This document shows positions 28,337 through 37,500 of a DNA stretch of 51,587 nt, one piece after another. The position numbers and the translations under genes are program-made. Source of the stretch: a bacterium (GTDB lineage Bacteria > UBA10199 > 2-02-FULL-44-16 > DYJF01). Positions within the stretch are counted from its first letter, which is position 1; the number at the start of each line of letters is the position of its first letter. The stretch is taken from NCBI GenBank assembly GCA_041739675.1, contig JBGSNL010000075.1, forward strand, positions 1-51,587, in the 5' to 3' direction. Below the pieces are notes generated by a model. The model did not search any database. It was not told the DNA's origin and saw only the letters and a program-made list of their open reading frames with translations.

Positions 28337-28345
28337 CCGGCGAAA

Positions 28346-31300
28346 TTAATGGACAGCAAGGACCGATGGTCTGACGGGGGCGGCGATGGGGGTTCGCACT
28401 TGGACGGGCTGACGTTGTTGCGTTGCTATGCGCTGTTGCTGATGCACGCGGGCGGCGCTGCGTTGCGTTTGGCGGGCGGTTGCTTCGATTCCATAGTCGC
28501 TGTAGCCGATATATTGCCCGCCGCTGGTTTCACCGGTGTCGGCAAGACCGCTGACTGACGGCGGTTCGCTTGATGACGCCTCGGGAGAACCGTCTGCCGG
28601 CGCGGCCGGTGCCGGCGGCGCTTGAGGAGCAGGCGTAGGTGTCGCGGCCGGGGTTGCAGCGGGGCCGGCGCCCGATGGATTTTCAGCACGTCTGGTGAGC
28701 AGGAGTTTCAGGAAGTCTTCGGCGGGCATGAATGTCGGATTGGGATACACCGCTTTGAGAAATCTCCACAGCTTTTCGAGCTCAAGCGGGCCGGAGCGCA
28801 AAAGTTTTGAGACAATTAGCTGCTGCTCCTCATAAAATTCATTGTCGTGTGTCCATTCATTGGGCTGTTCCGACAAATCATGAGTCATTTCGTGCGTCAC
28901 CTTGTCGATCAGCTCCGCCATGAGAGCTTGCATTCTGCCGGCGGGATAATCCTCTACCGACAAGATCTCAAAAAGTTCGCGCGCATATTTTTCCGCGGCG
29001 GTAATCGAAAAATACATCTCAATGCGTCCTGCAAACGTCGCGTGATCGGCCAGCGCATTTCTCTCAAGGAAGCTGGAGAACCCTATCGTATGATGACTAT
29101 TCCCCGCGGATGTCATTAGTTCGCCCACGATGGAAAGGAACGCGTCGTAGGAATTGGCATCCTCGCTTCGCGCATCTAACCTCTCCCAGTGTCTGTGAAG
29201 CGCGTCCTCTCTCCAATCTCCAAGTGTCAGCTCTCTGCCCCGCCCCGAGACGCCCAGTTCCTGTCCGACGCGGTCCATCATCTCTTTGCCCGAACCCCGA
29301 GCTTCTTTCGAACTCATGGCCCTCTCAAGGCGTGAGGTGATGGCGGTTGGCAGCTTTGACGTATCGATCCTAGCGCCCTTTTCAAAACGCTCCAGCAGTT
29401 CGTAGATCGAAATTATCTCTCCATCAATTCGGAGACACGGAAGAAGCGTTAAAAGCTGAATGAAATAGCGTTCATCCTGATAGCGGCCGATCTCGGGAAG
29501 GCCCTCTCCTCTCATCAGGCGTTCCGCATCCTCCCTGATTTCGGGCGCTATGGTTTTCTCGTTCGCAAAACCGTACATCGAGTTGAAATAGACGTCGGGG
29601 ATGCCGGTGATGTCAACTTCGCCGCCGGCAAAACGGATGAGATAGCTCCGCAACAGCATGGCGTTGACTTGCGGCATCAATCGCCATTCCAGATTCACGG
29701 GATCCAGAAATTCATTTCCGGAGCGGACGATGGGTATGGGTCGCGGGAGATCGATCACAATTCCGCGGGGAGCGATAAGTCGCCTAATCGCAGGCGGGAG
29801 ATTGTTGAAAAAAGCGCGCGGGATATCCTTCACATACAACCCGCCGCGCGTGATCGCGTTCTCGGTTGCCTCATATATGCGGACTCCTCCGATTCCGGTG
29901 ACATCCTGATCAGCGACAGGTTGCATCGAAAGGTTCACCTGCCTGCCGTTGTATGTCACGCCTATTTCCGAGAGAAAGCGCCCGTATGAAAGAGTCGAAC
30001 TCCTGTCGAATGCGGCGTCGAGCTCCGGAATTTCGCCGTTCGATGTGCGCTCAATAATTGTTCCCTTGAAATCCTCTCTTTTAACGACATAGGAGATCGT
30101 GACATCCACGACCCTTTCGCCGTCATATATGGGGCGCAGAGTGAAGATCGAGACTCTTCCGTCTCCCGTTCCAGTCTTGATTCTGATTTCCTTTGCACCC
30201 GGATAAATTGTGAAGAAGCCGACGCCGAACTTGTCCGTCGTGCTCTCTCCATAGACGAATAATTTATTGATGGCATCGCTAAAACTCATTCCGACAGGAT
30301 CCGTTATGCGAAGGACGTGCGTACCGTCTTCCCGGAAGCTTTCTACGTTTATGGTTCCTTTTTCCTCTTCATTCTTACGTATTGCATCGAGACTGTTTTG
30401 GATGAGAGCCCTCAGATATAGAAGATTGATTCCGTCGCTTAAATTGTACATCGCGTGCTGGACGCGGCGGGCGGAAATTTGCCGGTCCGTCCCGCTCGTC
30501 TGTTCGCGAATTTCGCGTGCGGCACGGCGGTTGCTCCCCTGAAATTTCTCCCACCAATCATTGTTCGACGTGACGGCGATGTTTAGATCGACGAGCGAGA
30601 ACGCCTTGCTTCCCGAGACGACAGGAATTTGAGACGCCCCCTCGGGAAGAAGCTCGGCCGTGTCCATTGCGAGATAGTACGCATAGGCGCGATGCCTCGG
30701 GGACAGGACCGCGGCTTTGCTCCAATCGCCGTGCGTCAAGGCAAAACGGGCCGCGAACGACTCAGCAAGCGCATCCCGGAACTTCAAAATGTCACTTACG
30801 GAAAGATGTTCCGCAAGGGTTTCAAGTTTCGAGATGGCATCTCGAGGAGGCGCATCACCCCATCCGACGGATAGAGCGATGTCGCTGAACGCGCCCAATA
30901 TCTCGGGCGTGTATTTCTCGGACAGAGGCGTGAGAATTCTCAAGAGGTTTTGGGCATATCTCATGTCCATCTTTGTGTGTGGGAGAATGGCGAGGGCGAA
31001 ATTGAACAGCTCTTCGGGGAAGGAAAGAAGGGAAAGAGCTATTCCTTGCAAGCCGGCGTCAAAATTCGCTTCAACAAGATGTTTCAGATTTGCGCGTATT
31101 GCCGGAGATGCAAGTGAACTCACATCGAGCGACGTCATGACGCGTCTGTTCGCAAAGTCCCGAAATGCATACACTTTATTTTCGCCGTTTGATTCGAGCC
31201 CCACTGCCGGGTCTTCCTGCCCATCGAGCATCCGAATATATCCCAGCGAAGGGAGGGAGTGCCATAGGCCGCTGTTGCCCTCCACCATGAAGAGTCGACT

Positions 31301-34300
31301 TGCACGGAGAAAGGAATCCGTTTTGGAATTGCCGGGCTCCAAATAATGTGCCTGCCTCCTTATTATGCCTTCTCCTGTATCCTCGAAGACCTGTAATGTG
31401 CCGTCCAACCTTTCCGCCGCGAGTAAATGTCTGCCGCCGTTGGCCGTTCTGGCGTCGTCTTCCTGCGCCCTAACCCATTTGAATCGCTCTTCAACATGAG
31501 GCGTGCCGTCCGATCTCAAAAGGCGCCATGCCTCATCCGATTTTTTGACTACGATATATTCATTATTCTTGCCCCAAAAAAAGACGTCTCTAAATTCTTC
31601 TTCGATGGCTGGTTTGAAATCACGAGTCCTCAGGATGCGATATGGTTTTCCTTCGTGGGCCACTGCGACAAGCTCATTGAACTTCCCGCCGACATGAAAC
31701 CTGTAACCGAATGCTCCTTCAAAAATTAATGCTCCGACAGATGTGTACACTTCCCATTTTTGTGAATTGATATGTATAGAAGACGCATATTTAACCGCGA
31801 GAAACTCGCGATCCTCCAGTAGTTCGAAATCTTCAATGGGAGATTTGGGATAGATCGAAACTTTAAAAATGTTTTTGGCGATGATCTCCGCGTCATGCAG
31901 TTCGTATACTACTACGGAACCGTTGGGCCAAATACCTGCAATGTACTCTCTGTCGTTTCCGAACGTAATCACTCTTTCGAATCTCTCTTCGAGGACGACG
32001 GTCTTGTCCGATGTCCTTATTATCTGCCAGTTTCCATCTGTTCTTCTGGAGACGATGAACTGATTGTTTTCGCCCGCGACCTGCGCATATTCGGACTCAC
32101 CATCTATTGCAGGAGTTCCGTCCGGTTTCAAAAGCAACCAGAGGCCGTTTTCCCTTTTAAGAGAGAGCAGACCTCCTCTTTCATGCTTTGCGTAAGAAAA
32201 GAGTTCATCAGAGAGCGGTGTGCCATCGGGTTTGACAAGCCGATGATATGTTTCTTCGTCCGGTCCCCCCCCCTCCTCAACCACAATGAATCGAGGACGA
32301 GAAGCGAAATTGGGCATGGTCTGAAGCAGATCTACGAAGAGAGGTTTGCCGTCCGAGCGCACCACAGCATGGGCGCCATAATTTCCAAGCTCGTCAGGCA
32401 CCATTCTGTCGACAAACAGGGAGAATAACACAGGTTCACCGGGTCCCACTGCGTTTGATGCAAAGGAACGAAGTGCCTCCAAACCTAAGTGCCTTATGAA
32501 TGTGGTATCCAATTTCGCGAGTAGATCCAATGCCGCGCGATCAGTATTTTCTAAATCCCTCAGGGCACCGAGTTGCGTCATCAATACTGGATTTCGTTCT
32601 ATGATTCCCTCAATGACGGGGCTCAGCGCCGGCCGCCGGTAGTCGATCACTTCCGCTCTCAGTGGGCTTGCGGTTCCAATCGGCAATGCAACTTGAACTT
32701 GCGCAGGTAGGGGTGGTTGTGCGGCATCTTCGGTCTGCGAAACCGTTGCAGTTCCCCATGAACCCTGCGCCTTTGCGAGGTCGAGCAAAACCTTCAGCCC
32801 CACCGGATCGTTCTTGTGCATCTCGTAGAGGGGGCGGCTAAGAAGAACGATGTTGCGTTCGCGATCATACATTATTCCGGTTGCCGCAACTGGAATAAAA
32901 TCGGTCAGCAATATTTTTGTGCTCCCGCGCCATTCAGGCGGTTCGTCGAAGCGTGCCTGCCAGTCGCGCCCCAGATACAATTCGTTCACTCGAATGAAAC
33001 CTTTTTGGGCCATGATATTGTAGAGAGGATCGTCGGGGATCAGGGTTTTTCCACGGAAATGCTTCGTGGCGACAGATCTTGCGTATTCCGCCAGATCATT
33101 GGCCCTCTCCGGACTCTCGTTTCTCTTTTGCAGCTGAGTGATCATCGGTGCAATGGCATTGAGATATGCGATCTTGTTTGTATAGCCTTCAATACCTTCC
33201 ACCGCATCGATGAACGCCCTCACCTGATTCACGACGCCTGAATCCACTCGCAAGCGGTTTCTGCTCTCGGGAAATTCTATGTCGAACGGAAAATCGAAAA
33301 CCACGAGCTCGGGCACCACGTCTCCGCTGACGGCAAACTCCTCGATCATTCCGCCACCCATTGTAACGACGACCTTGCCGAGCGTGCTTTTCTTCTCAGA
33401 GACATACATTGTTCCGTTCCCGACCCTGCTTACGCGCGCGGGGTCGAGGTCGTTTATCTGCCGGCCGTTCGCCATTATCCTCCGGCCCGTCACATAGCGC
33501 ATGCTTGTAAGAAGCTCCTGAGTTATCCTGTCCGGATCCAGTCCGGCATCTCTGACAAGGACCGTCGTTCCGACGTCCATCCTGGTCGAGGCCTCTACTC
33601 TCACACCCATCTGGCCGTTCAAGCGTATGAATTCTATTCGCACCGCCTGATGGCCGTCACGCTTGGTCTCGACTATCACGCGCGAGTTATGATCCTTGAG
33701 ATGCGCAAGTGCCGTATAAAATCCGATTCCGAATCTGCCTATTGTGTTCACGCCGCTCTTTCCCGAAAGCTGCGGGATCAGGAGTTTTTCAAAGACTTCA
33801 TCGGCGCTCATGCCCACGCCGCTGTCGGAAACCGCGTATCGGCCATTTTCGATTGCAATATTGACGTCGCCCTCCATCCCCCTCATTGCGTCCACAGCGT
33901 TGCTCGTAATTTCTGTGATCGATCTGTAGGGATTTGGATTCTGATGGCCGATGTCGTTTTCCAGGTGCGCAGCTGCAACATGATAGCGATTCATCAAAAG
34001 ATCGTAGATCATGTCGCTTTCAAAGCCGTTGGTGACGATCTCATCGTACTGTGCGCGAATTTGTCTCAGGTTGTGCGTTTTTACGGTCTCGAAGAATGAG
34101 ACGATATCGGAAAGAGCAATCCATCCTTCATGGCCGATGTCGTGATCTTCCGCAGGCTTTGATTCCAGGCCGAACCAGCGCCTGACCATTGCCAATAGTC
34201 CGCCGGCTCCGTTCCCGTTCGACGGCCCGGGAGGTGCGTGGCTTTCGCGCACGAACTCGTCCACCTGCGTGCGTGGAGTTTCGGGAGAACCGGGCGTTCC

Positions 34301-34384
34301 TCTTTGCTCTGCCCCGTCCGCCGCATGCGACGCATCAATAGGCCCGGCAAAATTGCCGTCTGTGGATCTCGGTCCTGCTACCAT
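28346..34384 (-). CDS. Giant (2012 aa) protein: GHKL ATPase - beta-repeat region - degenerate second GHKL - HExxH metallopeptidase motif - conserved low-complexity C-terminal tail
   Basis: EITSNAVDA, DSGVGMS, IGRFGIGF, GTTV; second copy LRALIQNSLDA, TDPVGMS, KFGVGF, GTII; THEMTHD...THDNEFY. Purine-rich RBS before ATG 34384; no signal peptide. Confidence 0.85.
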   Translation of the reverse strand: MVAGPRSTDGNFAGPIDASHAADGAEQRGTPGSPETPRTQVDEFVRESHAPPGPSNGNGAGGLLAMVRRWFGLESKPAEDHDIGHEGWIALSDIVSFFETVKTHNLRQIRAQYDEIVTNGFESDMIYDLLMNRYHVAAAHLENDIGHQNPNPYRSITEITSNAVDAMRGMEGDVNIAIENGRYAVSDSGVGMSADEVFEKLLIPQLSGKSGVNTIGRFGIGFYTALAHLKDHNSRVIVETKRDGHQAVRIEFIRLNGQMGVRVEASTRMDVGTTVLVRDAGLDPDRITQELLTSMRYVTGRRIMANGRQINDLDPARVSRVGNGTMYVSEKKSTLGKVVVTMGGGMIEEFAVSGDVVPELVVFDFPFDIEFPESRNRLRVDSGVVNQVRAFIDAVEGIEGYTNKIAYLNAIAPMITQLQKRNESPERANDLAEYARSVATKHFRGKTLIPDDPLYNIMAQKGFIRVNELYLGRDWQARFDEPPEWRGSTKILLTDFIPVAATGIMYDRERNIVLLSRPLYEMHKNDPVGLKVLLDLAKAQGSWGTATVSQTEDAAQPPLPAQVQVALPIGTASPLRAEVIDYRRPALSPVIEGIIERNPVLMTQLGALRDLENTDRAALDLLAKLDTTFIRHLGLEALRSFASNAVGPGEPVLFSLFVDRMVPDELGNYGAHAVVRSDGKPLFVDLLQTMPNFASRPRFIVVEEGGGPDEETYHRLVKPDGTPLSDELFSYAKHERGGLLSLKRENGLWLLLKPDGTPAIDGESEYAQVAGENNQFIVSRRTDGNWQIIRTSDKTVVLEERFERVITFGNDREYIAGIWPNGSVVVYELHDAEIIAKNIFKVSIYPKSPIEDFELLEDREFLAVKYASSIHINSQKWEVYTSVGALIFEGAFGYRFHVGGKFNELVAVAHEGKPYRILRTRDFKPAIEEEFRDVFFWGKNNEYIVVKKSDEAWRLLRSDGTPHVEERFKWVRAQEDDARTANGGRHLLAAERLDGTLQVFEDTGEGIIRRQAHYLEPGNSKTDSFLRASRLFMVEGNSGLWHSLPSLGYIRMLDGQEDPAVGLESNGENKVYAFRDFANRRVMTSLDVSSLASPAIRANLKHLVEANFDAGLQGIALSLLSFPEELFNFALAILPHTKMDMRYAQNLLRILTPLSEKYTPEILGAFSDIALSVGWGDAPPRDAISKLETLAEHLSVSDILKFRDALAESFAARFALTHGDWSKAAVLSPRHRAYAYYLAMDTAELLPEGASQIPVVSGSKAFSLVDLNIAVTSNNDWWEKFQGSNRRAAREIREQTSGTDRQISARRVQHAMYNLSDGINLLYLRALIQNSLDAIRKNEEEKGTINVESFREDGTHVLRITDPVGMSFSDAINKLFVYGESTTDKFGVGFFTIYPGAKEIRIKTGTGDGRVSIFTLRPIYDGERVVDVTISYVVKREDFKGTIIERTSNGEIPELDAAFDRSSTLSYGRFLSEIGVTYNGRQVNLSMQPVADQDVTGIGGVRIYEATENAITRGGLYVKDIPRAFFNNLPPAIRRLIAPRGIVIDLPRPIPIVRSGNEFLDPVNLEWRLMPQVNAMLLRSYLIRFAGGEVDITGIPDVYFNSMYGFANEKTIAPEIREDAERLMRGEGLPEIGRYQDERYFIQLLTLLPCLRIDGEIISIYELLERFEKGARIDTSKLPTAITSRLERAMSSKEARGSGKEMMDRVGQELGVSGRGRELTLGDWREDALHRHWERLDARSEDANSYDAFLSIVGELMTSAGNSHHTIGFSSFLERNALADHATFAGRIEMYFSITAAEKYARELFEILSVEDYPAGRMQALMAELIDKVTHEMTHDLSEQPNEWTHDNEFYEEQQLIVSKLLRSGPLELEKLWRFLKAVYPNPTFMPAEDFLKLLLTRRAENPSGAGPAATPAATPTPAPQAPPAPAAPADGSPEASSSEPPSVSGLADTGETSGGQYIGYSDYGIEATARQTQRSAARVHQQQRIATQQRQPVQVRTPIAAPVRPSVLAVH
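31360..32371 (-). repeat. About seven ~37-aa WG-like beta repeats inside the giant GHKL protein
   Basis: HRLVKPDGTPLSDELF / WLLLKPDGTPAIDGES / WQIIRTSDKTVVLEERF / YRILRTRDFKPAIEEEF / WRLLRSDGTPHVEERF. Boundaries approximate. Confidence 0.7.
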
Positions 34385-34404
34385 CCCCACCCTTCCCCTT
34401 TCCT

Positions 34405-34433
34405 AGAGTGCGTAACAATTTGTTACGCACTCT
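34405..34433. promoter_or_regulatory. Perfect 29-bp palindrome in the 5' leader of the giant GHKL gene
   Basis: AGAGTGCGTAACAA-t-TTGTTACGCACTCT, lying between the sigma28-like -10 box and the RBS. Confidence 0.7.
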
Positions 34434-34439
34434 TGCCCT

Positions 34440-34508
34440 TTATCGGCGGCGGCACCCAAAAGTTGCGTGAAAAATGTGGGTAGAAATCATTGTATTACAG
34501 GATGTTAC
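34440..34508 (-). promoter_or_regulatory. Sigma28(FliA/WhiG)-like promoter plus conserved upstream element, copy 1
   Basis: Minus strand GCAACTTT(34466-59)-N11-GCCGATAA(34447-40); upstream GTAAC...TACCCAC..TTTTCAC is shared with copy 2. Confidence 0.7.
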
Positions 34509-34530
34509 GTCGAAGTGGGAACGAAACTCT

Positions 34531-37500
34531 TCAGGGTGCAACGACAACAGATGGTGCGCGTGGCGCGAGGACGGGGGTTCTCAATGCTGCTGCTTGAGCG
34601 GGTTGCCTGACTGTTCGTCGCTGGGCGTAGACACTTGTGGCGCTGCGATGGGCGCTTCTTGCCGCCGGCGGAACTGCGGAAGTGTGATAACCGGCATAAT
34701 ATTCGCCGCTCGTTTCGCCGGTGTCGGCAAGCCCTGTGACCGTTGGTGCATCGTTCGGAGCTGGGCTTGACGATTCATCCGCAGGCGCTGCGGGTGCCGG
34801 GGGTGTTGAAGGGGTCGATGGCGCTGCGGCGGGTGGAACGGAAGGAGTTCCGCCATTGCCGTTATTCTCCCCGTCGTCATCCTCATCAATAATATCTTCC
34901 AAAGTGAGGCCTTCCGTAGCGGCATCTTCGGACCCGTTCCATCCGAGCGCACTTGTGATCGAACGCTCGATGCTTCTCTCAAATTCTCTATGGCTCGGGA
35001 CCCCGTTCATCACGATTTCAAACTCCATCCTCCTTTTTGAGAGGACGGCATGCTCGATCTCCGCAACCGTTCCGACATCGAGAAATTGTCTCTCCTCTTT
35101 GCCCAACCGGTCCAAAAAGCTCTTCGGATATTGGCCGATCATGTCTACGAGCCGCACCTCTGCCTTCACGTAGGTCGGGTCAGCGCGATTGGCGCGGTGC
35201 TCCGATTGATACCGCCACACATAGGTTTGAGGTTGGCCTATATAGATGATGACGTCGTCAGCGGGAAGATTGATCCCCACTCCGCCGCTTCTGGGATTCC
35301 CTACAAGGAGCCCGTGGACCGGATCGTTGTTGAATTTGTGGCGCGCCTGCTCCTGCCCTTCAGCCTTTACTTTGCCGTCCAGCCTGACGGCTCCATACTT
35401 GTGGTAATATCTCTTCCAAAGCGAATCGACGATCCGCGTGTAATTTGCAAAGAAGATGACCTTCTTGCCTTGCGAAATATATTTTTCCAGCGTTTCATCC
35501 AGTTTCTGATAGAAAGAAACGTTGGCGGCCATGCCGAAATACTCTGGATCGATCATCGCCCGTTTCAGCCATCCTAATTTGCTCGCCGGATTAAGTTTTT
35601 CCAGATCGACTAAAGTCCGCTTCTCCCCGGGCATACCCCCGGCTTTCCGCACAGAAACGTTGTGCCTGGCCGCCCACAGATTGTAGTTTAACGCCCACGT
35701 TCGAAAATCATTTACCATTTGAGCCATCATCGCCGCGTGTTCCTCTGTCATCTCATAGGCCCCCTCTTCCTGATACGGCACATAGACCATCTTGGGAAGA
35801 CGGCCCCTCTGTGTCTCCGGAGGCTGCGAAGGATCGACTATGCCCAACACCTGCCCCTTTGGGCGGCGAAGCATGTACTGATTTAGCAGTGCATTGAGCG
35901 TCTTGAGCGTATTTGCATCCCTCGCCCGGGCCATCTTGTAAAACTCCTCTAACGTCACCGGTTTATCTCCGGGCTTGAAACCCTTGGGCGACACCGGGCT
36001 CTTTACGTCCTTGCGTTTGACGCTGACAAAGATGTTTGGCGCAATGTAGCTAAGTGCAACAAAGAGATTCTCTATCTTGCTCTGATAGGGAGAGGCCGAG
36101 ACTATCCATCTCCGCTCGGCATCAAGCTGTCTGACCGCCTCTGCCTGCTGGTTTTCCTCTTTTGGGTTATCGACATTCTGAAACTCGTCGACGACTATGG
36201 TGTCAAGTCCGGCCTCCTTTTTAAGATACTGGAGCAGCGGATTGGTCCCCTCCTTCCCTTTCGCCTCCCGCAGAGCTTCATAATTGACGATAATGTATCT
36301 CGCAGAGGCAAGGATTCCAAAAAAATTGCTGTTCGCTTCACGATGGGCAAACTTCTTCTTACTAGGAGATTTCAGTACGATGTAGCCGGGCACCTCTTCA
36401 AGATGCTTTTCTATCTCCTCCTTCCACGTGCTGACCACGCGCGGATGGGTGACGATGAGAACACGTTTCGCATGAACGCTTTCAGCCGCGGCCAGAATCT
36501 CCACCGTTTTTCCCATGCCCGGTTCGTCTGCCAGCAGTGCGCCATTCCGTTCCCGTAAAAATTTCACGGCCTCAAGCTGGTACGGTCGCAGTATGGACTT
36601 TATGTTTTTGAGTTTGATTTTTTGGATCTTCTTGAAGTGGGATATCGCATAGCGATAGAACATCGCCCGCACGGGATCTTTATTCTCGGCCAGAAGACGT
36701 TCGAGTTTGGGCAATATGGCCGCCGGCGTCGTTGAGTATTCCTGATAAAGAAGATTTATATAGATATCGGCCAGACGGACGATCTGTTCTCCGGAAACAC
36801 TGACGTCCGGCTTGAATGCCTCAATAAATATTTCCGGCGGACGTTTTCCGGGTGCGTGCCCCACTTCTCCGAGGTTCAACGCAGCGTAAGCCGCCAGGAT
36901 ATCCCCTGGCGACGCCCTCTTGCTGTCGGGAAGAAGCGTGTGGACAAGCATAAGAATGTCGGCCGGTGATCTCACGATTTCTATTCCGGGAAGCTCCCCT
37001 ATCCTGCTCAAATCCGGCGGCGTGAGACCGAGGTGTTTTTCTTTTATTATATTTAATATGCCCGTGAAACCGATAACTTTTAGTGCTTCATCCGCTGTCA
37101 AATCTGGACGTTCCAACTTGGCAACAGCATAGTAAATGTCGAGGCCGGTTATTCGTGAACCGTCAGGCAAAATGTAATCATTCCTATAAACACTTGAAGT
37201 TGTCGGAACATTATGGGGATCACTACCGAAATATTTGTCATATACGTATTGCAATACCCTGCGCAAGGACGACTCGTCATTTCTCAGTCTCATGAAAGCC
37301 TTTTCATAGAGTTTTTTCAGCACATCTTCATCCGTTTCGGACGTCCATGAGAACTTCTCCCTTCCCAAACTGGTCAATTCTGTTCCCGAAATTGAAAACC
37401 CATTTCTAAATGAAAACACTTTCGATTTAAAAGTGTCATCCGGAACCCAATCCGATGCAGCTTTCAAAATGAAGTTGACGATATATCTCATTGCCCGAAC

